Of a DNA stretch of 64,000 bases, positions 19,322 to 28,929 are shown piece after piece. Below the pieces are notes generated by a model. That model saw only the letters and a program-made list of their open reading frames with translations. It did no database searches and had not been told where the DNA came from. Position 1 is the first letter of the stretch; the number at the start of each line of letters is the position of its first letter. Location: positions 93,474-157,473 of the forward strand of contig JAEOTP010000015.1 of NCBI GenBank assembly GCA_016839765.1, given 5' to 3'. The position numbers and the translations under genes are program-made. Origin of the DNA: Promethearchaeota archaeon. GTDB taxonomy: Archaea; Asgardarchaeota; Lokiarchaeia; Sigyniarchaeales; SOKP01.

Positions 19322-20791
19322 TTAATCATCAAAACAGAGAACCCCGGGATTTAAAACATTATTTGGGTCAAAAATACGTTTAATTTTTTTTAAAGCTATC
19401 GATGTTTGTTCAATATGTCTTGAATACATTTCTTTTGCCCAATAACCATATGGGCGATTAAAGAACGCTCCAGAATCCATTAAATCAATGCTAATTTCTG
19501 AGAATTTCCTTTTGATTTCATTTAATTTAATATCATTGTTTGGATCGTAAAAATAATCAAATTCACAATGGTATGAAGTCCCTTGATTAATAGGTTGAAT
19601 ATATATACCTAAATCTTCAGAGTAATTAGATTCTACCATCAAGATATAATTAGAGATATTCTCAAAATTACTAAGAAAGAAAAGATCTTGATAATAACCT
19701 TTATATCTCGTTCTCCATGGTTTTGAAGTAGATTCATTTACACACCTTAAAATAACGTCGGAATTAATTAGATCAGATTTCTCTAAATGGACCAAATTAG
19801 ATTCTCTTATAAGATCATTAATATCTCCTTCAAGATAATCCAATTTATCCTCAGCCAAATCTCCTCTCCCAGATATTATAAAAATCATATTCCATTTTAA
19901 AAGAGATTTGGCTAAATTTTCTATTTCTTCACTTGTGTTTCTAACTAAACTTGCTAAATTTAAATTATTTAAAATAAAAGTTTCATCACATAATCTATAC
20001 TTTGCTAGTTGTTTTTGAAAATTTAATAATTCTTCAATATTATTCGATTGATAATGGAATACTTTTTGGATTGTAGGAATTAATTCTAATTTCAAAGTAG
20101 CCCATGTGACAACTCCTAAACTACCTTGTGCTCCTTGTATCACTCTAAAGGGGCTAAATTGTGTAGGTCCCATAGGATTCAATTGAGCTTGCCCAGCTTT
20201 TCGTTGCTGAGAGATTGTTCCTGGTCCTGCAGCTGTTCCCGTTCTAAACAAATCTCCTGTGCCAAAAACGACTTCCGTACACAACAATGGATCTGAGCTA
20301 TCCCAATGATAACGAGGGATAACGATAGGTTCCCTTTCTAGTGCGCTTGTAAGTACTGATTTTGTTCCAGTAGGATAGAGCGGTAATAATAATCTCAAAC
20401 CTTTTTGCTTAAGTTTAGGGATTAGATCTCTAAAAGTAACGCCTGGTTCAATCATAACAACACGATTTTTCTTATCAAGGGAAATTATTTTATTCATCTT
20501 AGATAAATTAATAATAACACAATTATCTTTCCTAGGAACTGTATCTCCATGTTGCTTAAGTTTAGAGCTTGAGCTTACAGGAATGATATAAAAATTCATT
20601 TGATTGGCTAATTTTAAAATTTTTAATATTTCTTGCGTTTTAGACGGCCAAATAACAAATTTTGGCACTTCTCCCATAAAAAAACTCATATCTGTAGAAT
20701 ATTCCTTTAAAATCTCTGGATTATTTGTAATTTTTTTAGAACCGCAGATTTTAGCTAATTGTTGAGATAAAATAAGCTCGCTTATCTTCAT
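19322..20791 (-). CDS. Second FAD-binding (PCMH-type) oxidase subunit (GlcE/GlcD-like)
   Basis: VIWPSKTQEILKILKLANQMNFYIIPVSSSS...INLSKMNKIISLDKKNRVVMIEPGVTF and C-terminal KIKRIFDPNNVLNPGV. ATG at 20791 is preferred because AGGGGAT lies a few nt upstream. The track ORF opens at 20812. Confidence 0.75.
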   Translation of the reverse strand: MKISELILSQQLAKICGSKKITNNPEILKEYSTDMSFFMGEVPKFVIWPSKTQEILKILKLANQMNFYIIPVSSSSKLKQHGDTVPRKDNCVIINLSKMNKIISLDKKNRVVMIEPGVTFRDLIPKLKQKGLRLLLPLYPTGTKSVLTSALEREPIVIPRYHWDSSDPLLCTEVVFGTGDLFRTGTAAGPGTISQQRKAGQAQLNPMGPTQFSPFRVIQGAQGSLGVVTWATLKLELIPTIQKVFHYQSNNIEELLNFQKQLAKYRLCDETFILNNLNLASLVRNTSEEIENLAKSLLKWNMIFIISGRGDLAEDKLDYLEGDINDLIRESNLVHLEKSDLINSDVILRCVNESTSKPWRTRYKGYYQDLFFLSNFENISNYILMVESNYSEDLGIYIQPINQGTSYHCEFDYFYDPNNDIKLNEIKRKFSEISIDLMDSGAFFNRPYGYWAKEMYSRHIEQTSIALKKIKRIFDPNNVLNPGVLCFDD

Positions 20792-20927
20792 AACATCCCC
20801 TTTAAAGTGCAATAACTAACAACATTTTTTAATCAATAAAGATGTTTTGATTACTATAATTAAGTGAATTTTATATATAGATTAAATCTAATTCTTTTTA
20901 TACTAAAAAAATGTGGGTGGAAAATGA

Positions 20928-22334
20928 TTGAAAACTTATGACTTAATTATTGTTGGTGCTGGACCTGGTGGTTCTATGGCAGCTAAAACTGCTGCTGAAA
21001 ATGGGCTTAAAACAATATTTTTTGAAAGAGGTAGAAAGCCTGGTGAAAAGAATTCTTCTGGTTGTGGATTAGGACCACGTATGTGGAAACAATTCCCATC
21101 CATGATGAAAGATTTAACTCCAGAAAAATGTCCTTCTCTGAGAGCAGGAGCAGCGGCTAGAAATTATTTCATTAATGAAGAAGGCATAGTTGTTGGCTAT
21201 GTTATGACGCGTCCAACTGAATCAGTATCTTATGAACCGGCCAAAAGCTGGATTACAATGAATTGTTATAGAAGCGAATTTGACCCATGGATTGCTGAAT
21301 TTGCTACTTATGCAGGTGCTGAGTTAAAAAATTCAACTCTAATTGTGAATCTCTTAAAAAAAGATGGAAACATTTGTGGGGTGGTTGATGAACACGGAGA
21401 AAAATATAAAGCACCTATTGTTATTGGAGCAGATGGTGCTGTTTCAATGGTTGCGAAACAGAGCGGTTTAAGGACAAGATGGGCTCAGGATCAAATTACA
21501 GTTACTCCCCAATATGATTTTTTTGCTCCCCCAAATAAAATTGATGATATTATGGGAGATGAAGCACTTGCTGTTTGGTGGTCTGCAATATTCCCCGCAT
21601 CATATCAAGTTTTCTTTCATGATGGTTTTCATCAAGGTTTAGGAAATTGGTTGAATAAATGGGATAAGAATCCGTTATTTTATCTAAATCGTGTTATAAA
21701 CCTGAAATATTATCAAAGATTATTAAAAATTCTAGATGCTAAACCAAGAGAACTACAATCGCATCTTCTTCCTTGGTTAAAATATCCCTACAACACACAC
21801 ACCGATGGTGTTATTTTAATTGGAGATGCTGGCGGATTTCCTTGCCCTCTCGAAGCTGAAGGAATTTATCCTGCAATGGTGACAGGAAAAATTGCAGCAG
21901 AAGTTGCTGCTGAAGCAATTACATCTGAAGATATCTCAAAAAGTGCCCTCTCCAAATTTGATGAAATGTGGAAAAAAACAAGTGTTGGGGAAGAATTTGA
22001 AGCGGGAGAGGAATTATATAATATCTGGAAAGCATTGCCCTTTAGTCCTAAGGAGACGATGAGTTGGTTTGTACCGATGTTCATGGAAGTAATGGGAGGG
22101 ATTTATGATTGGTCCCAGCCACACGCGAAGCGGGTTCGCCAGATTGCTGCTCATGTCAAATCATATATGCCAAAAGCTTTACCGTTCATTATGAAATATG
22201 TATTTCCTCTAGTGGCAAAAATATTTGAGAATGATCTTGATAAAATAATGGACCCCCAGAAGTTAATGTCTGTAATTCCAAAAATTATGGATTTGCTCCC
22301 GAAAAAGAAAAAGCAAAGGAGGGAAAAATTATGA
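20928..22334 (+). CDS. FixC-like / geranylgeranyl-reductase-family flavoprotein
   Basis: N-terminal dinucleotide fold YDLIIVGAGPGGSMAAKTAAENGLK, then GEKNSSGCGLG and IGDAGGF. TTG start. Its stop overlaps the next gene's start (ATGA). Confidence 0.7.
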   Translation: MKTYDLIIVGAGPGGSMAAKTAAENGLKTIFFERGRKPGEKNSSGCGLGPRMWKQFPSMMKDLTPEKCPSLRAGAAARNYFINEEGIVVGYVMTRPTESVSYEPAKSWITMNCYRSEFDPWIAEFATYAGAELKNSTLIVNLLKKDGNICGVVDEHGEKYKAPIVIGADGAVSMVAKQSGLRTRWAQDQITVTPQYDFFAPPNKIDDIMGDEALAVWWSAIFPASYQVFFHDGFHQGLGNWLNKWDKNPLFYLNRVINLKYYQRLLKILDAKPRELQSHLLPWLKYPYNTHTDGVILIGDAGGFPCPLEAEGIYPAMVTGKIAAEVAAEAITSEDISKSALSKFDEMWKKTSVGEEFEAGEELYNIWKALPFSPKETMSWFVPMFMEVMGGIYDWSQPHAKRVRQIAAHVKSYMPKALPFIMKYVFPLVAKIFENDLDKIMDPQKLMSVIPKIMDLLPKKKKQRREKL

Positions 22335-22600
22335 AGATTGAAATTGATGGATTAACGAAACATATTCTAGGAACTGGTGATTTTATTTCAATCGATATTA
22401 GTAAATGTAATAATTGCGGTAGTTGTATTCTTGTTTGTCTGGTAAATTTATGGGGTAGAAAAGATAATAGGATATATATTTCAGAGGATTATAAAGAGAA
22501 ATGTTTAGAATGCGCTGCTTGTTATCAGGTTTGCGATGCTGGTGCTATAAGTTTCCAGTATCCAGCGGGTGGTACAGGAGTGATTTATGAAAAAGGCTAA
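22331..22600 (+). CDS. FixX-like ferredoxin
   Basis: 89 aa. CNNCGSCILVC and CLECAACYQVC clusters. The C-terminus ISFQYPAGGTGVIYEKG resembles the FixX ending (W/F-x-Y-P-x-G-G-x-G-V-x-[FY]). Confidence 0.7.
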   Translation: MKIEIDGLTKHILGTGDFISIDISKCNNCGSCILVCLVNLWGRKDNRIYISEDYKEKCLECAACYQVCDAGAISFQYPAGGTGVIYEKG

Positions 22601-22707
22601 TTTCCTTTTTAACTCTATTTTTTTACAAGAATCTAATTTTAAAATAAACAATTAAATAAGATATTAATTAATTTAAATTAATTTAAAACCAAATTAATGG
22701 GGATTTT

Positions 22708-23088
22708 ATGAATAAAAAATTGTACTACAAATATTTGTTTATTGTTGCTGCCCTTTATAACATAGTGAATTCAGTGATTTTTATATTTATTTCTATTTTT
22801 GCTACTGAGCTCTTTCCTCTATTTGGAGTAGCTCTTCCACCTAGTATGATCTGGTTGCAATTATCTCTGATTTTAATTTTAATTTTTGGAATAGGGTATT
22901 TTATAGTAAGTAGAGATTTAGAGAAGAATCATGGACTTGTTCTTATTGGTGCTTTTGCTAAACTAATGTTTTTCATCTTAACATTAATGTATTTCATATT
23001 GGGAGATGTAAATATTCTAATTGTTTTATTAGGTGGTATTGATTTAATAATGGTATGTTTATTTATTGAATTTCTATTGAAATTTTGA
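22708..23088 (+). CDS. Small membrane protein (4 TM), unknown function
   Basis: 126 aa, four hydrophobic helices. Confidence 0.55.
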   Translation: MNKKLYYKYLFIVAALYNIVNSVIFIFISIFATELFPLFGVALPPSMIWLQLSLILILIFGIGYFIVSRDLEKNHGLVLIGAFAKLMFFILTLMYFILGDVNILIVLLGGIDLIMVCLFIEFLLKF

Positions 23089-23102
23089 AATTCTTGATTA
23101 CG

Positions 23103-23207
23103 ATGAATTATCCAAAAAACAAATTTAAACTTTTATTTTTTACTCCACATGCAGATGATATTGAGCTAGGCACACCTTTTATGTATTTAGATGCTTTAAG
23201 CTTCTAG
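23103..23207 (+). pseudogene. 34-codon remnant of a PIG-L/LmbE-family deacetylase N-terminus
   Basis: Own translation: MNYPKNKFKLLFFTPHADDIELGTPFMYLDALSF*. LLFFTPHADDIELG matches the family N-terminal motif [AP]H[PA]DD-x-E-[LI]-G. The frame stops after 34 codons and nothing follows before the convergent fba stop. Confidence 0.4.
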
Positions 23208-23258
23208 GATTATAATATTTAATAAAATAAAATTAATTTATTTTATATAAAAAATAAA

Positions 23259-24242
23259 TCAGCTTATATATTTTGCTTGTCCTGAAGAGCCTAAGACTTC
23301 TTTATTCTTTCTTATTATCATTTCAATTAATTCTTGACGCGCAGTTCCAAGATACAGTCTTGGATCAAAATGATCTACGTGTTCTTTAAAATATTTTCTT
23401 ATCATAGCTGTAAAAAGTATGCGGCTATCTGTAGCTACATTAATCTTACATACACCATGTTGCGTCGCTTTTCTTAATTGAGTTTCTGGCACTCCAAAAC
23501 TCTTTTTTAAGGATCCTCCATAATTATTAACTATGTCAACATATTTTTTTGGGACTGAGGATGCTCCATGAAGTACTATTGGAAATTTTCCTAATCTCTT
23601 TCTTATCTCTTGGAGAATATCAAATCTTAGTTCTGGTATATCTTCTGCTCTTTCTACCTTAAATTTATAGGCCCCATGAGATGTTCCTATAGCTATTGCC
23701 AAGGAATCACATCCCGTTCTATTTACAAAATCTTCCACTTGTTCGGGGTCGGTATATTGTTGAATTTCTACTTCTTTACCTTTATCTTCTCTGCCTATAA
23801 TCCCTAATTCTGCTTCTACATTAACGTTTCTTTGATGAGCATAATTTGCTACTCTTTTTGTTATCATAACGTTCTTCTGATATTCTAAATGACTTCCATC
23901 AAACATTACACTAGAAAAACCGATATCAATACATGCTTTACACGATTCAAAGGAACTTCCATGATCTAAATGTAGTGCAATTGGAATATCATACCCTAAA
24001 TCTTTTGACATTTTAACGCATCCTTCTCCCATATATCGAATCATTGTTTTATTTGCATACTTTAAGGAAGTTTGGGTAATCTGAATAATGACGGGTGAAT
24101 TTGAATCTCCACAACCAATAATAATTCCTTGTAATTGCTCAAGATTACTTGCATTATATCCAGGTATAGCGAATTTCCTTTCCAAAGCTACTTCAAACAT
24201 TTCTTTTGTATTTGAAAGCCCCAATTCTTCAAATGAAACCAT
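23259..24242 (-). CDS. fba: Class II (metal-dependent) fructose-bisphosphate aldolase
   Basis: IPIALHLDHG, EAELG, IAIGTSHGAYKF and PIVLHGASSVP match class II FBA metal and substrate motifs. ATG at 24242 preferred over the GTG at 24251. Confidence 0.85.
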   Translation of the reverse strand: MVSFEELGLSNTKEMFEVALERKFAIPGYNASNLEQLQGIIIGCGDSNSPVIIQITQTSLKYANKTMIRYMGEGCVKMSKDLGYDIPIALHLDHGSSFESCKACIDIGFSSVMFDGSHLEYQKNVMITKRVANYAHQRNVNVEAELGIIGREDKGKEVEIQQYTDPEQVEDFVNRTGCDSLAIAIGTSHGAYKFKVERAEDIPELRFDILQEIRKRLGKFPIVLHGASSVPKKYVDIVNNYGGSLKKSFGVPETQLRKATQHGVCKINVATDSRILFTAMIRKYFKEHVDHFDPRLYLGTARQELIEMIIRKNKEVLGSSGQAKYIS

Positions 24243-24343
24243 ATTTATCACTTTTTATATTGTTAAAATTAATTATATAATATCAGTATAAAAAAGCTTA
24301 AAAATTGAAGAGTTAAATTTAGATTAAGTATAATTTTGTAATT

Positions 24344-25273
24344 ATGATAAAACCACATCGAATTGATATTCATCATCATATTCTCCCTCCAGAATATTTA
24401 AAATCATTAGCTAATATTGGAATTACTACTGTCACTAATATATCTTTTCCTAAATGGGATCCAGAGCATAGCCTTGAGTTAATGGATCGCCAAGGTATTG
24501 CAATAACAATAACCTCCATATCTTCCCCAGGTATATATTTTGGAGATATTGAATTTACAAGAAATCTTGCGCGCATTTGTAATGAATATTCAGCCAACTT
24601 AATAAAAAAGTATCCAGAGCGTTTTGGGGGTTTTGCCACCTTACCTATTCCTGACTTTAAGGCTTCACTACGAGAGTTGGAGTATGCCTTAGATACATTA
24701 AACTTAGATGGGGTTGTACTACTCACAAATTTTAATGGCAAATATATTGGGGATCCTGAATTTGATGAGCTCTTTTTAGAGCTGAATCGGCGAAATACAG
24801 TAGTGTTTATTCATCCAGATATTCCCCCTAAAGAAAAATTACCTAATCTTAAATTACCATCCTCTGTTTTAGAATTTGTTTTTGATACAACACGAGCAAT
24901 TTCAAACCTTATGCATCAAGGTATTTTTAAAAAGTATCCTAAAATTAAATTTATTTTTGCCCATGCTGGAGGAACAGCGCCCTATATCGCATGGCGAATT
25001 ACCTTTGGAAATAAAAGATTAATTAAACAATTCAAGGAACTCTATTATGGTACAGCATTAACTGCAACAAGGAATGTTTTTCAATCTATCATCGAATTAG
25101 CGGATCCTTCTCATCTACTCTTTGGCAGTGATTTTCCATTTGTGCATGAAATAAAGATAAAAGAAATGATTCAAGGAATTAAAAACTATAGTGAATTTAA
25201 CGAGCAAACACGCCTAGCTATAGAACAAGAAAATGCATTATTACTTTTCCCTAGGCTTAAATCTTATCTCTAG
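24344..25273 (+). CDS. Amidohydrolase-2 family metal-dependent hydrolase/decarboxylase (ACMSD-like)
   Basis: 309 aa. N-terminal IDIHHHILPPEY metal-binding motif, then FIHP, FAHAGG and GSDFPF later. Confidence 0.8.
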   Translation: MIKPHRIDIHHHILPPEYLKSLANIGITTVTNISFPKWDPEHSLELMDRQGIAITITSISSPGIYFGDIEFTRNLARICNEYSANLIKKYPERFGGFATLPIPDFKASLRELEYALDTLNLDGVVLLTNFNGKYIGDPEFDELFLELNRRNTVVFIHPDIPPKEKLPNLKLPSSVLEFVFDTTRAISNLMHQGIFKKYPKIKFIFAHAGGTAPYIAWRITFGNKRLIKQFKELYYGTALTATRNVFQSIIELADPSHLLFGSDFPFVHEIKIKEMIQGIKNYSEFNEQTRLAIEQENALLLFPRLKSYL

Positions 25274-25342
25274 AAATTATACTAAAAATTATCTTGAGAT
25301 TTTGATAAAAACTCTCAATTAAAAAAAAGAAGATTGTAAATT

Positions 25343-26230
25343 TTACAGAGAAATATTAAGTTTTTGTCTTAATTCTTTATATCTTGAACGAAGTGTTACC
25401 TCAGTCACCCCAATTGAATCTGCGATTTGTTTCTGAGTATAACTTTTATTCTTTATTTTACATGCTAGATAAATAGCTCCACCAACTATCCCTTTCGGAT
25501 CTTTTCCACTACTAGAAAATTTGGAAATGAAAGTTTTTACTATTTTTGTAGCTAAATTTTCAACTTCTGAAGATAATCCTAATTCAGCAATATATCTTGG
25601 AATTAGAGCACTTGGTTTAGTATTTGGTGCTTTTAAATTTAATTCTCGAATTAAAACTCTATAACATCGTCTAACATCTTTATCCTTTTCAGCAGTTTCC
25701 TCTAAGATTTCGTGCAGAGTTCTAGACAACCTATATTTTCTAATTGCATAATATAAACACGCTGCAATCATAGAGTTTATTGATCTACCTCGAAGTAATT
25801 TTTGCTTGAATACCTCTCTATAAAGGCGCATTGCTTCTTCTTTTATATGATTTGGTAAATTCAAATTAGTACTAATTCTTTTGAGTTCTGTGGTGGCAAT
25901 TAGCATGTTTCGCTTTTTCCAAGGCATTCTAGTATCCCATTTTGCTGCTCTTTTTAAATCAGGATTATCTATTTTTTTTTTATCTATTGTAGTAGTTAAT
26001 CCAATATCTGGGACAAGACTTGAAATGGGTGACCCGGTTCTTTCCCTTTTGGATTTTTCCTCATTACTATAAGCTCTTCTCCCACTATGAGAGAAGTCAA
26101 CATTTCTTTCTTGCAAAACTAAACCACATTGATTACAAACAACATCTCCAGTTTCCTGGAGTGAAATAATATTACCCCCACATTCTGGGCATAAATTGAT
26201 GGTTTTATTCAAATTATAAACAACATTCAT
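25343..26230 (-). CDS. tfb: Transcription initiation factor B (TFIIB homologue)
   Basis: N-terminal Zn ribbon CPECGG...CNQCGLV, B-linker, two cyclin-fold repeats, and an HTH end (QKQIADSIGVTEVTLRSRYKEL). Confidence 0.9.
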   Translation of the reverse strand: MNVVYNLNKTINLCPECGGNIISLQETGDVVCNQCGLVLQERNVDFSHSGRRAYSNEEKSKRERTGSPISSLVPDIGLTTTIDKKKIDNPDLKRAAKWDTRMPWKKRNMLIATTELKRISTNLNLPNHIKEEAMRLYREVFKQKLLRGRSINSMIAACLYYAIRKYRLSRTLHEILEETAEKDKDVRRCYRVLIRELNLKAPNTKPSALIPRYIAELGLSSEVENLATKIVKTFISKFSSSGKDPKGIVGGAIYLACKIKNKSYTQKQIADSIGVTEVTLRSRYKELRQKLNISL

Positions 26231-26291
26231 TTCAACATCACTTTAATTATTTTATAAAAAAAATTATAAAAAACAACAAAAAAAATTAAAT

Positions 26292-28913
26292 TTATAATGA
26301 TAAATCCCTCGAAATTTTACCTATTTTTTCAAAAACAAAAGCTCCATGTTTATTTAAATCGACTTTAATAAGATCTTCGTCATCTATATCTCCTTCTAAA
26401 ATCTTGAGTGATAATGGATTTTGAATTAAATTTTGAATTGCTCTTTTTAGAGGCCTTGCTCCATAATCAGGATCAAAACCTTTTTTAGCGAGCACCCCTT
26501 TTGCTGCATCTGATAATTCTATTTGAATCTTTTGTTCTGAAAGAATTTTATTTAAATTCTTGATTTGTATATCTACAATAAACTTAATTTGTTCTTCTTC
26601 TAAAAAGTTAAATATGACAATCTCATCAACTCGATTCAAGAATTCTGGTCTGAAGTAATTTTTTAGAGTATTTAATATCAATTCTTTGTTCTGATCTTTA
26701 TCCTCCTTCCTTGATTCGAGGATGTATTGACTACCGATATTACTAGTCATAATAATTATTGTATTCTTAAAATCTACAGTCTTTCCATGTCCATCTGTCA
26801 ATCTTCCATCATCCATAATTTGTAGAAGAATGTTAAAAACTTCAAGATGTGCTTTTTCAATTTCATCAAATAAAATTACTGAGTAAGGTCTCCTTCTAAC
26901 TGCTTCTGTTAAATATCCTCCTTCTTCAAATCCCACATAACCAGGAGGAGCTCCTATTAATCTAGCTACACTATGTTTTTCCATAAATTCTGACATATCA
27001 ACTCTTACCATGGCATTTTCATCATCAAATAAAAATTCGGCTAATGCTTTTGCGGTCTCGGTCTTCCCTACTCCAGTAGGACCCATAAAAATAAATGTCC
27101 CAATTGGTCTATTTGGGTCTTGAATCCCAGCTCTTGCTCTTCTAATAGCATTTGAAATTATGCTCAATGCTTCATCTTGACCAATTACTCTTTTTCTTAA
27201 ACGATCCTCCATTTTTAATAATTTATCACGCTCACCTTCTAACATTCTTGAAACAGGAATTCCTGTCCATTGCGAAACAATTTTTGCGATGTCTTCCTCA
27301 TCAACTTCTTGCTTTAACATTACTTTATTTTCTTGAATCTCGTTTAATTTAGAATTAGATTGCTCTAAATCTTTTTTTAGTTGGTTTAAAACTCCATAGG
27401 TTAATTCCGCAGCTTTTTCAAGATCCCCTCTTTTTTCAGCTCTTTCAGCCTCAATCTTAGTCTCTTCCATTTTCTTTTTAATTTCATTGATTTTTGATAT
27501 GAAATTTTTTTCATTATTCCATTGAATCTTTAGCTTATCACTTTCTTCTCGAAGATTATGTAGTTCCTCATCCAATTTCTTCATCTTTTCTTTTACTGAT
27601 TTGTCGCTCTCTTTTTTTAAAGCTTCTTTTTGAATTTCTAATTGAATTATTTTTCGCTCTATTTCATCTATCTCCGTTGGCATACTATCAATCTCAATTC
27701 GCAATCTTGATGCGGCCTCATCCATTAAGTCAATAGCTTTATCTGGTAAAAAGCGATCAGCAATATACCTATGTGATAACATAACAGCTGCTATAATTGC
27801 TGAATCAGTTATTCTTACTCCATGATGGATTTCATACTTCTCTTTTAATCCCCTCAAAATAGCTATTGAATCTTCTACATTAGGTTCTTCTACAAACACA
27901 GTCTGAAATCTTCGTGTTAATGCGGCATCTTTCTCAATATACTTCCTATATTCATCTATAGTAGTTGCTCCTATTGCCCGTAATTCTCCTCTTGCTAATG
28001 CCGGTTTTAACATGTTTGATGCATCAATAGCCCCTTGAGCAGCACCTGCTCCGATTAAAGTATGCAATTCATCAATAAATAATATATATTTTCCTGCTCC
28101 CTTTTCTACTTCTTTAATAAATGCTTTTAACCGATCTTCAAATTCTCCGCGATACTTAGCGCCCGCAACCATCGCTGCTAAATCCATCGCAATTATATCT
28201 TTATTCTTTAAAGATTCTGGAATATCATTATTAGCAATGCGTTGGGCTAATCCTTCTACAATTGCAGTTTTTCCTACACCAGCTTCTCCTATTAAAACGG
28301 GATTATTTTTGGTTCTTCTTGAAAGTATATGCATTACTCTTCTTATTTCATCATCTCTTCCAATAACAGGATCAATTTTCCCTCTTTTCGCTAAATCCGT
28401 GAGATTGCGACTATATTTTTCAATTGCTTGATACTTCCCTTCTGGATCTTGATCATTGATAGTTTGGCTTCCTCGTATAGAAGTTAATGCTTGTAAAATC
28501 CTACCGTTAGTTATTCCAAACTTTTTTAAAATGGAGTATATAGGTAAAGATTGGTCTTTAGACATAGCTATTAATAAATGTTCTGTGCTTAGATATTGAT
28601 CTTTCATAGATTCAGCTTCTTTCCAAGCATTATCAAATAATTTTCCAGAATTTCGTGATAAAACTACATCAGTTGCTCCTGATCCAGTAACTTTCGGTAA
28701 TTTCTCTAAATCTTTATTCAAATCGTGCAATAATTGTGATATATTAATTCCTAGTTTCTGTAATAAGGGAGTTGTGATACCATCTTTTTGTTCTATTAAG
28801 GAGATTAATAAATGAATTGGTTCAATTTGCTGATTATCATTAGTTTGAGCTAATAATCTTGCAGCCATAAGAGCTTCTTGTACTTTTATCGTAAATTTAT
28901 CAAATTTCATCAT
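26292..28913 (-). CDS. clpB: ClpB/Hsp104-type AAA+ disaggregase
   Basis: Two AAA+ modules (GEAGVGKTA with FIDELH; GPTGVGKTE with ILFDEIEKA), a long coiled-coil middle domain and a Clp N-domain. ATG at 28913 preferred because AGGTGA lies upstream. The track ORF opens at the GTG at 28925. Confidence 0.9.
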   Translation of the reverse strand: MMKFDKFTIKVQEALMAARLLAQTNDNQQIEPIHLLISLIEQKDGITTPLLQKLGINISQLLHDLNKDLEKLPKVTGSGATDVVLSRNSGKLFDNAWKEAESMKDQYLSTEHLLIAMSKDQSLPIYSILKKFGITNGRILQALTSIRGSQTINDQDPEGKYQAIEKYSRNLTDLAKRGKIDPVIGRDDEIRRVMHILSRRTKNNPVLIGEAGVGKTAIVEGLAQRIANNDIPESLKNKDIIAMDLAAMVAGAKYRGEFEDRLKAFIKEVEKGAGKYILFIDELHTLIGAGAAQGAIDASNMLKPALARGELRAIGATTIDEYRKYIEKDAALTRRFQTVFVEEPNVEDSIAILRGLKEKYEIHHGVRITDSAIIAAVMLSHRYIADRFLPDKAIDLMDEAASRLRIEIDSMPTEIDEIERKIIQLEIQKEALKKESDKSVKEKMKKLDEELHNLREESDKLKIQWNNEKNFISKINEIKKKMEETKIEAERAEKRGDLEKAAELTYGVLNQLKKDLEQSNSKLNEIQENKVMLKQEVDEEDIAKIVSQWTGIPVSRMLEGERDKLLKMEDRLRKRVIGQDEALSIISNAIRRARAGIQDPNRPIGTFIFMGPTGVGKTETAKALAEFLFDDENAMVRVDMSEFMEKHSVARLIGAPPGYVGFEEGGYLTEAVRRRPYSVILFDEIEKAHLEVFNILLQIMDDGRLTDGHGKTVDFKNTIIIMTSNIGSQYILESRKEDKDQNKELILNTLKNYFRPEFLNRVDEIVIFNFLEEEQIKFIVDIQIKNLNKILSEQKIQIELSDAAKGVLAKKGFDPDYGARPLKRAIQNLIQNPLSLKILEGDIDDEDLIKVDLNKHGAFVFEKIGKISRDLSL

Positions 28914-28929
28914 TTTTTTTATCACCTAT

